From Octopus vulgaris (taxonomy: Eukaryota), in contig OX597815.1 of NCBI GenBank assembly GCA_951406725.2, forward strand, positions 125,488,001-125,552,000: a stretch of 64,000 nucleotides of DNA, given 5' to 3'. A program made the translations under genes and the position numbers. The notes beneath the pieces were generated by a model. It saw only the letters and a program-made list of their open reading frames with translations, was not told the DNA's origin and searched no databases. The first letter of the stretch is position 1, and each line of letters begins with the position of its first letter. This document shows positions 16,073-30,426 of this stretch, piece by piece.

Positions 16073-16469
16073 TGGTAATAATAATAATAATTTCAAGTTT
16101 TGGCACAGGGTCATCTGTTTTAAAGGGAGGGATAAATCAATTACATCAAATCCAGTACTTGACTAGTATTTATTTTTTTAACCCCAAAAGAATGGAAAGT
16201 AAAGTCAACCATAGCAGAATTTGAACTCAGAATGTAAAAATTAATGAGATGCTGCTAAGCATTATAATAGTTTGTTGTGTGACCATTGTTGTTGTTGTTG
16301 TTGCAGTTGAATCTTCTTTGCTTTTCATCCTTTTGGGGGTCAATGAAATAAGTACCAGTTAAGCACTGGGTTCGATGTAATCGACTAAGCCCCTCAACCA
16401 CAAATTTCAGGCCTTGTGCCTATAACAGAAAGAATCATTATTATTGTTATTATTATATTTTACTTCTGT

Positions 16470-16845
16470 CAGCACACAATCTTAAGGTGGAAAAATACAA
16501 GTTACTAACAGATAAAGCTGCAAGAATGTGGGCAATAAAGAGAGTGACTTTTGTCCCAGTAGTTGTAGGGGCACATGGAGCACTAACAGCCAAGCTTGAG
16601 AAATATATTAGAAAAATTGGAATTGACATGCTCAAAAAACTGCGCTATTGGAGACTGAGGATTTGAGATCGGTACTTAGGTGTTAAGTAACTTTCACAAT
16701 GCTTAACATCTAGGCACCAAGTCTTATAATTCATAGATAAAGACCTTGAGAGACCTGCGAAACCTTTGACAACAGGTTGCTGTCTGCTCTCACAGAATTA
16801 ACTGGAGCAAATAAGATCAAGAGCTCTGAGAAGTAAAATAGGATA
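16470..16845 (+). mobile_element. Second R4/Dong-like RLE retroelement 3' end with (TAA)n tail
   Basis: KVEKYKLLTDKAARMWAIKRVTFVPVVVGAHGALTAKLEKYIRKIGID; followed by a 3'UTR and (TAA)n from 16845. Confidence 0.7.
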
Positions 16846-16927
<82 letters not shown>

Positions 16928-18193
16928 TGATGATCCTTTCTGTTATAGGCACAAGGCCTGAAATTTTGGGGGAGGGGTTTAGTTGATTTCACTGACCCCA
17001 GTGCTTATTGATTTCATTGACCCCATTAGGTTGCAAAGCAAAGAAGATTCAACTGCAACAACAATGGTCGCATAACATTCCATACAAACTATTACAACCT
17101 CAAACAACATATCCACAGTACAATACCAAACACAAATGTTATTATCAAACATTAAAAAAAAAAAAAACAGCCTCCAAAAACTGAACAAAAGAAAACAGGA
17201 ACATGAAGTGAGAAAAAAGTATTAGCCTTTTATCTAGATACTGACTTTGATGACCCTTTTATTCCACAAAATACCCCAGAAAGGCAAATAAAAAAAATCT
17301 AAAAAAATCAAAAGCCTCAGAGTCAGGCAAAATTCCAACCATATGCCTCAAACACTTGGACCATGTAGAAATATTTGTCTTTCCTAGTCACGCCAACACT
17401 ATCAGGTTCCCAGGATCTAGTTAAAATTATATAAATTCTGAAGGCCAACAAAAAGAAAAAAACAGGTGAAGTAACATCATACAAACTCATTGCTTTTCTA
17501 TTTACATGTTCCAGTATTCTAGAAAGTTTATTTCATAACATCACAAACTCATACATGCCTCTCTCCAAATCAGAATAGAGATTCAAGATTCTATATTGAA
17601 CAACCATGCTACTCAAAATCCTTACTGAGAAAAGATATGCGATATCTTCATTGTAACTAACTTCAACAACAGCAGAATTTTTAACCTCTTTCTCCTCTGG
17701 TTTGCAAGTTAATTGATAAGCTGCTAAACCCTATGAGCATTGTCCCTAGAATCTACAATTTTCCTAAGGGAGTACTATTGTGATTTGTTGTCACATTCAC
17801 TATTTTAGCCTAAACTTATATGACCTTCCAACACATCCACGAAATATACATGCAACCTTATATTCAGATGACATCTCACTCAAATCCTGTAGCAATTATC
17901 AAATGTAGCTGCACAACTACTTTAATCCTTCATATACCACCTAGAAACCTGGCTCCACAACAATAAGCTTGAAGTAACACTTCCAAAATACATTGTCTTC
18001 CTTCTTACCAGCAACACCAGAGAAAATCAAATACAAACCAACTGTCGCACAGACACATACCACACACACACACACATGTATATACACATACATGTATGCA
18101 TCACAGAAGACAAAAGTACTAGGAATTACATGCACCTTCAATTTGTCAACAACAATTATAACATACATAGAAAACATTGTAAGCTAAAAATAA

Positions 18194-18317
<124 letters not shown>

Positions 18318-18548
18318 CATGATGCACAAACATACTTTCGAACAATCACAGCTATCACATTTCACTAACAGAAAGAAACAACAAAAGTATAAAACACAAC
18401 ACTTCAGATCTATTTGATTCATACAGATATAAATGCAACAGATTTCCACATAGTTTCCATCTACCAAATTATTCCATTCCCAAGATATTCAAAAATGTGC
18501 TCAAGGTTTTGCAGAGCAGGATAAAACCTGGAATCATATGGGTGCAAA

Positions 18549-18636
<88 letters not shown>

Positions 18637-18669
18637 ATATCTATATATATATACATATACATATATATG

Positions 18670-18707
<38 letters not shown>

Positions 18708-21262
18708 CATATATGTGCATATATATTTAAATATACATTCATTCATTTATGCCTAATATGTTAATGATGTGTAACTAAGTAGTTAAATGAAATGGTCTTG
18801 TTGCTACCATGGTATTGATTCTTAACTGGCTATTAAAGCAAAGACACTAGAGACACCTTTGTTTTTTTCTTTCAGAAAAATAAAATGCTGATCAATGAAT
18901 CGATCAATGTTTCTTTTTGAAAATGCAATTGTGTGTTCAAAAATAGTTATTACCCTCTCCAGTATAGATTTAATGAAAAACAACAGTAACATCAACAATA
19001 TTTCTTGTCATAATAATATTAACTGTAATAATGAAATTGTCATTGCAATGATCATTGTACAGAATATCATAATGTCCATTTTTAAAAAAAATATGATAAA
19101 TAAATTAGTAAATTAATGAAAGAATCAATCACCTGTTAAAGTGAAATTATTTTCTAGTGTGCAGTGGAACCATTGGTAATACAAGCATCTAACTGTTGCT
19201 GCTTAAACCGGATTAGGTTTAGCATCTGCCGGATTGTTGTCTGATACTTTGAGACAGAAGTAATTCAATTTAATTCTTCTTACCAGGAAATATATATAAA
19301 TATCATTATATGCTTTGAAATTTATCAAAAAAAAAAAATTATTAATGCTGTCTTTTTCTTTATGATTTTATTAATATTATTATTGTTATTATTTTATTAT
19401 TTTAAGGGATTTTTTTTTTGTTTTCATAATAATGGAAGATGATCAATAAGTACGGACGTGTCAAATCTGGTCAACAGAGAGAAAAAAAATAAAGTTACTG
19501 AGGAATGATTAATAACTTCTGTGAAAAGTGGGAGAAAAACATAATGAATCAAATTGATGAATAAACAAACAATCGTAAAAAAAGAAAAATATTGTTGAAG
19601 GTGTGAATACCTCTAGCTATTGGATTATCTGAATCAATCAAAGACATCCATTAATCTTTGATTAATAATTCTTTATACTCCAACATTGAATTAATAATTC
19701 TGTAGTTTAACTGGATAAGGTAGATGATGTGTTTGTTTTTACCATTTGAACTTAGCAGAATTTATCTTTGTCTTAAGGTTGTCAAGCAAATATACAAGAA
19801 AAACAGCTGTTGGGTAAACAAAAATAAAACAAAACATTTTTTTGTTTTATATTGAAAGAAATTTTCAATGTGAAAAAAAGTAAATAAATAAATTTGTTGA
19901 ATTCACTTTATTTTTTATAATTAGATAAATTAATACTGTTCAGGTTATATTTTACTTAATTTTGCATTGTTATAACAACTTTAAACTTAAATGATTTTTA
20001 ACTAAATTAGAATTATTAAGAAAAAGAAAAGAAACATTTGTTTTACTAAATTTTCTCCACCATAATTTATATTTTAATAATCCGTTGTTCATTAGACATT
20101 CATATATTCAAATTTAAACTAAAGATAGATTGTGAAAGTTAACAGTAAAAAAAAAAATATTTGAAGAAGAGGGAAAAAAAGATGTAGGGTCACTTTAGTT
20201 GACTGACCCTTCCCCCATCCAAAGTTCAGGCCTTGTGCCTATATTAGAGACAGTTATTAAATTAATATATACTCTTACTTCATCATTCCTAAATTAGATA
20301 ATATATTTTTAAAAAAGTAATTTTAAAATAAACATTTCTATAGTCACTGTTTTAACATATCTATGTTTTTATATTTTTTTAATTAATTTTTTTTAAAGTA
20401 AATTTAAAATAAATTACTCTTTTGATATGATAACGTAATGATGAATTTAAGATTAACATTAACATAATAATAATAATCAATGTATAATGAATTAATTAAA
20501 AAAATAAGCTAATGAGTATTCATGAACAAGTATAATAATTTAAATTAAAGCTGACTCTTCATTGTTATCATATCACTACATTGTTAGATTAATCACTGCA
20601 TAAATGTTGAGAAAATATTTTCATTTTCTTAAATATTAGTTCTTAGAAATTTTATTCACAGTGTTATTCACTTTAATATTATTTAAACACATTGTTGATT
20701 CTGTGGAGGTCATTTTTAGAAACCTGAAACTGACCACTTATATTTTCTCAACATTGTCACATTTGATGCCATCAAACATGCATGTAGTCAACTGTATAGT
20801 CACTAAAATCAACAGAGTGCAACACACACACACACACATACCTACACACATACAAACATACACTCATGCACACATACACACACACTCACGCACGCGCACA
20901 CAATATATTAAGTCACTTGTGACCAGCTTAAAAATATCTATTACATCATCAACTGCCATTTTATTATACTTTTATCAGCAGCTCACACTACAGAGTCAAT
21001 ATTGATGTGGTCAGCTAACTGAACAATTCTACACTATGATGTCACATCATAACATTTGATCACTCAGCACCAATGACTATGATGATGTTTATCTTTGGGC
21101 AGATGATCATATTTAGTACACTATCAACACTGATCTCCCCTTGGTTCTTTTGTCTGATCAACATTATCAATTCTGAGGCTCAACAATTTTCTGTGATCTA
21201 TATAATATATAATACTGTCAAATCTGATATCATCTCTGATCAGCCACCACTTCAAATTAATA

Positions 21263-21316
<54 letters not shown>

Positions 21317-21325
21317 CATATATAC

Positions 21326-21395
<70 letters not shown>

Positions 21396-21646
21396 TACAC
21401 ATAAAAACATACATATGTATGTATTATTGTTTGTTTTTGTCTATAGTTATACATTAAAACAGTCAAACATAAATTGAAGGATCACTTAAGACATTAAAGT
21501 AGAATATCTCATTTATTTTAACTAGGAAAAAGTTGACACTGTCTTTGAAGTTTTGCAAGTCTGACTAAGCCAACAACTGGCAAACTTCTAAAGTCACTAT
21601 CAACCATGATTTTGTAATACATACATACATACATACATACATACAT

Positions 21647-21726
<80 letters not shown>

Positions 21727-21995
21727 TATTATAGACATATGCATATTCTCTGAAACTAGTAAAAAAATAAAAGATTATGTTTTTATGTAAGGAAATCTGT
21801 AAGATTAAAATAATGATAAATAATTATAATATTAATAATAAAAATAATGAACAAAATGTAATCATTAGTAACAAGTGTTTCATTAGCTTGCGGTGCTCAG
21901 TACAAGTCCTCTATTGAGCCTTGAGTTGAAAACAAATTGTAACAGAAACAACAACAACAACAACAATAACAATACTAGAAATAATAATGATGATG

Positions 21996-22035
<40 letters not shown>

Positions 22036-22292
22036 CAACAACAACAACAACAACAATAACAACAAAAATAATAAGGAACAAAATTGATTATATATCCTTA
22101 TATTTTAGTTCTAACGTTAAGATGTTTATCTGAAAATTATGTTGAGTTTTCCTTAGTCTTAAAAAAGAAAATGTAATAACTGCTAATTTATTGTCTAAAG
22201 TTAATGCTGAACAAATATAGCATATTTGCTATTTAGAAGATTAGTGACTCCAATAGCATATATGTTATTTTACTGTTGAATTATTTTTATTA

Positions 22293-22360
<68 letters not shown>

Positions 22361-23227
22361 TTATGTTTAACTTTTGCTTTACATTTATACAAGTTGGCTC
22401 CAAGTCTCACTCAGAGACCTCAAGAGACAAGTTGGAAGTTTATGTTGGTGTTATGCCTAGGGTGCCATATATTTGGTTTTGTACTTAGTGTTGTACTAGT
22501 GAATGTTTAAAAAACCATAAGAAAATTGTTTGTTTTAAAATTTTGTTATTATTATTATTATTTGCAATGTGGTTTCTTCAAAACCCTGAATGTGTAGTGG
22601 AGATGTATGTTTCACTGACCTTATTTCTTCAATACATGATTATTACTTATTTCTTTTACCCCTACCTGTTGCTCTGCCCCAGAGGAGTGAATGGCAAGGC
22701 TGGCCTTGGCAGCATTTGAACTCACAAGATAGAAATTTGGAAACTAAATACTGTAAGACATTTAGTTTAGTGTTGTACCGATTCTGTCTCTCTGATGCAT
22801 GTCTAATAATGATAATAATGATAATACTAATATTAAAATTAGTAATAATAAAGATAATAAAATCAGTAATAATAGTAATAACAATAGCAATAACAATAAT
22901 AATAATCGATTTTTGTCTCACATAACTGCTTGCAATGTATATGTAATGAAATCGCTTCAACTGAGAAACAAAACTGGGTTGTGGACTTGGCTTCCAGAAG
23001 ATAATAATAATGGTTTAATGGTTTCTGATTTAGGCACTAAGCCAGCAATTTTGAGGGGAGGGGGAGTAGTCGATTACATCGACCCCAGTACTAGATTGGT
23101 GCTTTTTTGTTGACCCCCCACCAAAAAAAGGTGCAAAAGGCAAAGTTGACCTCAGAATGTATGGTGCCAGAACAAATACTCTGAGGTATTTTTTCAGTTG
23201 CTCTATCAATTCTGCTAATCCATTAAT

Positions 23228-23258
<31 letters not shown>

Positions 23259-23260
23259 TA

Positions 23261-23297
<37 letters not shown>

Positions 23298-23718
23298 GTT
23301 TCTAACATCTTGTTGAATCAAACCTAAGATGGAATATGCGTCTAATTTGTTACTTTCCAGACGAGACAAGACATTCATGGACCTTTATATTATTACTGCT
23401 AACATCATTTAATTTGACTTAAATATTGCAAATCGGGCAATTTCTGTAAACTGAAATTCTAGAATAAAAAAAAAATTTCAAAAAAAAAATGGGAATTAAA
23501 TGATGATTGGGGAAGGAATAATTACTAGAAAGAAAAATTAAAAAGGAAATAAAGTTTAAAATTAAATTTGATTCTGTCAAAGATTCAAAATAACAAGTTA
23601 TATGACTATCTTTTAACAAATGAAGCCAATAAAACAAAATTGTTTTCTTTAGTGGTGGTCATGGGTAGGGCAGGGAATAGGGAATAAAAGTCTATATTGA
23701 AAGTAAAAGTTTCATTAT

Positions 23719-23762
23719 TCTTTCTTTCTTCCTTCCTTTCTTTCTTTCTTCATTCCTTCTTT

Positions 23763-23832
<70 letters not shown>

Positions 23833-23857
23833 TTCCTTTCTTTCTTTCATTCTTTCT
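23719..23857. repeat. (TTTC)n microsatellite
   Basis: Direct reading. Confidence 0.95.
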
Positions 23858-24906
23858 TTAAATATCAAACCAAAATAAAACAAAAAAGAAGTAAATAATT
23901 AGGGAATTTTTTTTTCTTTCTTTCATTTGCCATCAGAAGCAGATCAGCCTAAGTGACAAAATATTATTAGAAAAACTCGCTTGAAAAAAACAGCCAGTCT
24001 AATTATGAACACTTGTATAATAACAATGACATCATAGTATTATTCTTACTGAACCTAAATATACTTTTGTGCAGTTTATAGTTAACCAAAAAAAAAAAAA
24101 AGGAAAAAAGAAAAAACATGTGAAAGACTCCCAGTAAACTGGTTTTTTTTTGTTCTGCAGTTGTTGATGGAACCAATTTTGCCACTGTAGTGCCTGGCCA
24201 ATGCAACTGCATTCATTACTGATATAAGTTCAATAACAACATTGTATCTGAACAGAGTTGTGGTGGATGTGTAATTAATCATGTTTTGCTTCTGTTGTTG
24301 CAATTATGATCATGCCTGTGGTAGAAGTTGATGTGTATGTGTGTGTGTGTGTTTGTGTGCATATGTGTGTGTGTGTGTGTGTGTGTGCTTGTGCTTGTAT
24401 TTGTGTGTGTTAGTGTGTGCATGTTTGTTTGCATATTTCCAAGTCTAAGAAATTTGAGAGAATAGTTTACAGTAACAATTTGCAATTTACAAACTCAAAT
24501 ATTTTAAACTAGGAAAATACTATTGTGACATTTGATTATGTTGGTACATGTCTGTCTGTTTGTTTGTTTGTTTGTTTGTTTGTTTGTTTGGTTCAAAAAC
24601 AACAATCCATGTGATTTATTTGAGGCCATAACAGTAGTGTGGCTACAGATGGGGTTGTTTTATATTTTATAATTTTAATGTAATGTTGGTCAATCAAATT
24701 GTCATCTGAATGTAATATTTATTACATAGAGATGTCAGGGGAAAAAAAGTGCATTTTCAAAAAAAATATTGTCATATTGGAAGTGGCTGACATAAAATAT
24801 CGACACCAGAAGCCACATGGTGTCATAAGCGCTTTAGGAACTCTTTTTTTCTTTCTTTTTTCATTTTTTCATTTTTTTTTCCATGTGTCTAACATCAACC
24901 CTGTTG

Positions 24907-25221
24907 TTATTTGTGAGCAGATTTAAAAGATACAGATGGCCCGGGCCTAGATTCGTGTGTTTCATCACCTGTCTTACCACTTGTTTCCATAGAAATGGCT
25001 ACAGCTTCAGCACTATTTGTAGATTCCTCAGGAGTTTTCGATATTTCATGATCGTGCTCATGGTCGTGATGATGTCGATGTTTATGGTGGAATGCTTGTA
25101 AAGAAAAGCGTCTGTGAGTCTGTTTGCGACCTCCGCGACGTTTTGATATGTGTGGATTATCTTTTCTCATTGTTTTTGTCTTGTATATCTGCAATTGTGT
25201 ATACAGCCGCTTCAGTTCAGC
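24907..25221 (-). CDS. GPR158: GPR158-like terminal coding exon ([33 protein letters not shown]...[15 protein letters not shown]...SAHK*)
   Basis: ttttctgcag acceptor at 25223-25222, TAA stop at 24909-24907; continues DPEDIR|[10 protein letters not shown], like vertebrate DPEDIRDELKKLYAQLEIYK. Confidence 0.9.
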   Translation of the reverse strand, partial: AELKRLYTQLQIYKTKTMRKDNPHISKRRGGRKQTHRRFSLQAFHHKHRHHHDHEHDHEISKTPEESTNSAEAVAISMETSGKTGDETHESRPGPSVSFKSAHK

Positions 25222-25497
25222 CTGCAGAAAAAAACAGTGTGAAGAATGTAAATGTTAAAATCAAATAGTTGAATCTAAACATTTAAAAAAAAAAAAAATA
25301 TATATATGCAGCAGAGTATGTTGGATACATTTTCAGCAACTAATCCATTTTTGATTACACATACATACATACATACATACATACATACATACATACATAC
25401 ATACATACATACATACATACATACATACATACATACACACATATACATACATACATGCACACATATATACACACACAAATATGTATGCATATATATT

Positions 25498-25534
<37 letters not shown>

Positions 25535-25607
25535 TGTGTGTGTGAGTGCATACATATATGTATTGTGAGTGCATACATATATGTATTATTATATATATTT
25601 ATTATTT

Positions 25608-25659
<52 letters not shown>

Positions 25660-28345
25660 ATATGTGTGTGTAAGTGTGTGGGTGCATATGCATGTGTGTG
25701 TGTATTCATGCACGTGTGTGTGTGTGTAAAGTGATTATATCTAAGATGACAAACTCGAAGAAAATTAAATACAAGGAGGGAGAAAGTATTTTGATTTGTT
25801 AAAAAAAATACCCTACAATTGTACATATATTTCAACACTTCAGCATTTTATCAAAGATGCTAAGAGATAATTAGATAGCAACTGATACAAGTTATTTTTT
25901 CTACATATTTTTATCATTAATGTATACATCTTTTACTGCATTTTTTAACACTTTTTATTTTGAATTCATTAGCTGCTAATCAGAGCTAGTTTTTGTCAAG
26001 GTTGCAGTACTAAAACTACCCTATGTGTGTCTGATGAAGGTTAACATAGACACATATATGAACATACTGTATATACATTTCTTTGTGTGAAGAGAGATAT
26101 ATTTGTATGCATGAAGAGACATTGCTGTGTTACTAAGAAATTTGCTTTGCAGCAAATAATTTTAGGTTGAATTCCACAACACAGATAAGTGTCATCTACT
26201 ATAGCCTTTGGTTATGGTAACTTCACCCAGGGTCTGTTCCTGTCACTAGGTTCTTGACTTAGTCCATCTTCCAGGTAAATACCACCAGTTTGCTCTTGAG
26301 GTCCTTTAGTGGAAACATTCAAGCCAGGTTTCTAGACTGAAGGTGTTGTGATAAAAATTATGACACCCCTTTGCTAGAGATAGACTGGTCCAAGTAAAGT
26401 ATAAATAGTAATGATTTGAGTGAGTTCAGAGAGCAGAGTTTGTAGTTGAGTGGAGATTGTGTTAGTTTGCAGTGAAGTTGGAAGGTGTTGGTTGGTTAGT
26501 TCACAAGGAATATTGATCGTTGGTTTGTAAAAAGATTTGTTAGTTCGTTACATTGTTTATACTGTAATTTGGTTATCTTATTTATTGTGCATAACAAATG
26601 ATGCTACAGCAGAGGGTAATAGTCTAATATTTACATATGCTTTCTAATCAAAACAGTTGTTGAATAGCAAAAAGATTTAGCAGAATGCACTTTTAAAACA
26701 GGTGGTTGAAGAAGTAAACATCCATAGACTGAGCAAATCTGCTCAGCTTTAAATCATTGCTGAGGCAGATTTTCAATAGTTGGATGCTCTTCCAATCATC
26801 AACCATTACTTTGCAAGTAAGTTACTCTTTTTTTTTATACTGGTTGTCCAACATTAAAAGCTGAAAGGACAGGATGTATTTGCTCATGAGAGACTGTAAA
26901 CAAAGACAACATACTGTCTTAGATCAACTCACTTGCCGGATAAGTATGTCTCCAATATATAAACTTTCAGTCTGGATATATAGGTGAAAATGTATATTTT
27001 CAATAATTTTATTCAACTACATTAATGAATAATATATTCAACATGGTTCCCACCATTTGTAATGCAAAATTTGATGATCCATGTTGAGTTCTACACTAGG
27101 CTATAAGTCTTGCAATGCCTAAGTAAAATATCTATATACCTATATCTATATCCATTTATCTATCCATACTTCCAGCCATCTCTCCCTCTCTTTCTCTCCC
27201 TTCTCCCTCTCTTTCTCTCTTTTCTCCCTCTCTTTGTCTCTCTCCTCCCTCTCTTTCTCCTCTCTCTCTTTCTCTCTCTTTTCTCCCTCTCTTTCTTTCT
27301 CCTCCTTCTTCTTCTTCTCTTTCTCCCTCTCCTCCCTCTCTTTCTCTCTCTAAAAAGAAAAAAAAAACTGCTAGCTCTTTTGGCTTTTTCTCAGATTTTG
27401 TTTACTAGTTGCACTCACGAGCCATTGTTCAGCCAAAGGTTATATAGAGACATGCTTGCTCAAGGCACTGCAGAGTCGGACTGAACCAAAACCAAACTTT
27501 GCAATAACACAGTGATACCTTCACCTCAGTAACAAATAAATATATAAATGAATGGCCGTTGCCAGCCTCGCCTGGCCCCCGTGCCGGTGGCACGTAAAAA
27601 GCACCATCCGATCATGGCCATTGCCAGCCTCGCCTGGCCCCCGTGCCGGTGGCACGTAAAAAGCACCATCCGTCCGTGGCCATTTGCCAGATCCGCCTGG
27701 CACCTGTGCGGGTGGCACGTAAAAAGCACCCACTACACTCACGGAGTGGTTGGCGTTAGGAAGGGCATCCAGCCGTAGAAACACTGCCAGATCAGACTGG
27801 GCCTGATGCAGCCTTCTGGCTTCACAGACCCCAGTTGAACCGTCCAAACCATGCTAGCATGGAAAACGGACGCTAAATCATGATGATGATGATGATGATG
27901 AATGGAAACCAAAATGAAAGAAAAAAAAAATAGAAATGACAAAATATATAGTTTATCCTCACTCTAATGTCTTCTGGATCCATGTCAGCCAGATTGATTT
28001 CTCCTACATCCACATCTCCATTGGATGATATTCCTATGTTGAGTTTCATTGTTTCTTGTGCTATACTGTCATGGACGTCAGACTGTGAATATGCTCTCTG
28101 CCGAATATGTTCTTCATCTGGAGGACGGTGAACATACCATAACTGGAAGAAAAAGCAAAAAAGAAGATTGCGTTTGAATGACTAACAGAGAGAGAGAGAG
28201 AGAGAGAGAGAGTGTATGTGTATGTGCGTGGTGTGTGTGTGAGAGAGAGAGAGAGAAATAGGTGTGTGTAAGTTCTTTTATATGCAAACTTTCCAACAAA
28301 ATGTGATTCTTTTTGTGTAAAACTCTCCTTGTGAAAGATACACTA

Positions 28346-28401
<56 letters not shown>

Positions 28402-28423
28402 TGAGTGTATGTGTATGTGCGTG

Positions 28424-28457
<34 letters not shown>

Positions 28458-28757
28458 AATAGGTGTGTGTAAGTTCTTTTATATGCAAACTTTCCAACAA
28501 AATGTGATTCTTTTTGTGTAAAACTCTCCTTGTGAAAGATACACTAATATAAAGTTATTTTATTTCTTTTATCTTTTACTTATTTCAGCCATTGGACTGT
28601 GGCTATGCTGAGTCACCACCTTGAAGGGTTTAGTCAAACAAATTGACTCCAAAACTTATTTTTAAGCCTCATTTATTCCCTCTTTACTGAACTATGAAGT
28701 TATGGGGATATAAAGAAACCAAAGCAAGTTGGATCATATTCATAATTCATGCATTCA

Positions 28758-28811
<54 letters not shown>

Positions 28812-30009
28812 TGTCGTGGCAGATACTGGTGTCAGACAAATGGCACCCATGCTGGTGGCACATAAAAGTACCCATTACACTCTGAGAGTGATTGGCATTA
28901 GGAAGGGCATCCAGCCATAGAAACTATGCCAAATCAGACTAGAGTCTGGTGCAGCCTTTCAGCTTGCCAGCCCTGGTCAAACCATCCAACCCATGCCAGC
29001 ATGGACAACAGATGTTAAATGATGATGATGATGACGATGAATGGGATTCTTTCAGTTTCCATCTACGAAATCTATTCACAAGGCTTTGGTCAACTTGAGA
29101 GACTATAGTATTCAAAAGTGTTTCCCATCAATGAACTTAAAGAATATATACACACATATATATCTGTTGTCTTTTATCTTTTACTTGTTTTAGTTAGTTG
29201 ACTGATGCCATGCTGGGGCACTCCCTTGAAGGATTTTAGTCAAACAAATTGACTTTTTTTAAGCCAAGCATTTATTTTAAAGCCTAGCACTTATCAGTCT
29301 TTTTTGCCTAACTGCTAAGTTATGGGGATGTGTACACACCAACACCAGTTGTCAGGTGGTGGAAGGGATTAACACAAATACACAGATGCCCCCCCACACA
29401 CACATTCAATGGTCTTCTTTCAGCTTCCATCTACTAAATCCACTCACAAGGCTTTGGTTAACCTGAAGCTATAGTAAAAGATGCTCACCTAAGGTACTTC
29501 ATAGTGAGACTGAACCTGGGATTATGTTGTTGGGAAGCAAGCTTCTTGCCACACAGCCATGCCTGGGCCTATGCACACATAACAGCACACACATACTCAC
29601 ATACATCATCATCATTATTTTATATCCACTTCCCATACTGGTGCAGGATAGACAGGTTGCTATGGTAAGAGTCAGCAGTACAACACATTTATGGCTTATT
29701 CATTTTGATATCCCTTTCTGTCTAAAGTAAATGTCCTCTCATTTGGAGATAAGGTAGAATAACTGCTGTGCTGATGATGTCTATTGAGGCAGAAAAATGT
29801 GTCCACATGTGTTGTCTTGTCTCCAAATAATATGATTCTTTAATACCATGTCAGTTTTGGAGCAAATTCATTATTCATGAGATTATCTCCCTTTTGCTAC
29901 CAAGGAATTGGTCTACCTTATTTGAAAGCAGAAATATTTTCAATAAAATTAAGGATTTATGTTACATGTGGGTGTGTATGTGTGTATGCATGTGCATGTG
30001 TGTGAGTGT

Positions 30010-30048
<39 letters not shown>

Positions 30049-30388
30049 TGTGTGTGTGTGTGTGTTATATCATAATTCAAAATATTTCTTTTCCAGTTAT
30101 TTGTTTTATAAATCATATAAATGGTAAATCTGTAATAGACAATGTCTTCAATTTTATTCCTTAGTTTATCATCATATGAATAAGTGTCGCTTGTTTTAGA
30201 TTATTGTATTTGATCGCATAAAACACATAAGAATATATTAGACCCTAATTTCAGCAGTGCATACAGAGGAAAAAGTTTTTGGTGCATTGAAGCATTTAAT
30301 GTAGGCCTGACTTCACATTAAGATCCAGGGTTATTTTCTGTGACATATTTTTCGCAAAAGTGGGTTTTATATGTCATCAAATACAGTG

Positions 30389-30426
<38 letters not shown>

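Noticed and set aside
26025-26055. CTGATGAAGG hammerhead-like core
   Set aside because: No downstream GAAA or stem II.
27557-27730. CRISPR-like repeat-spacer pattern
   Set aside because: Eukaryotic retroelement UTR; the spacers are related to each other and no cas genes are present.
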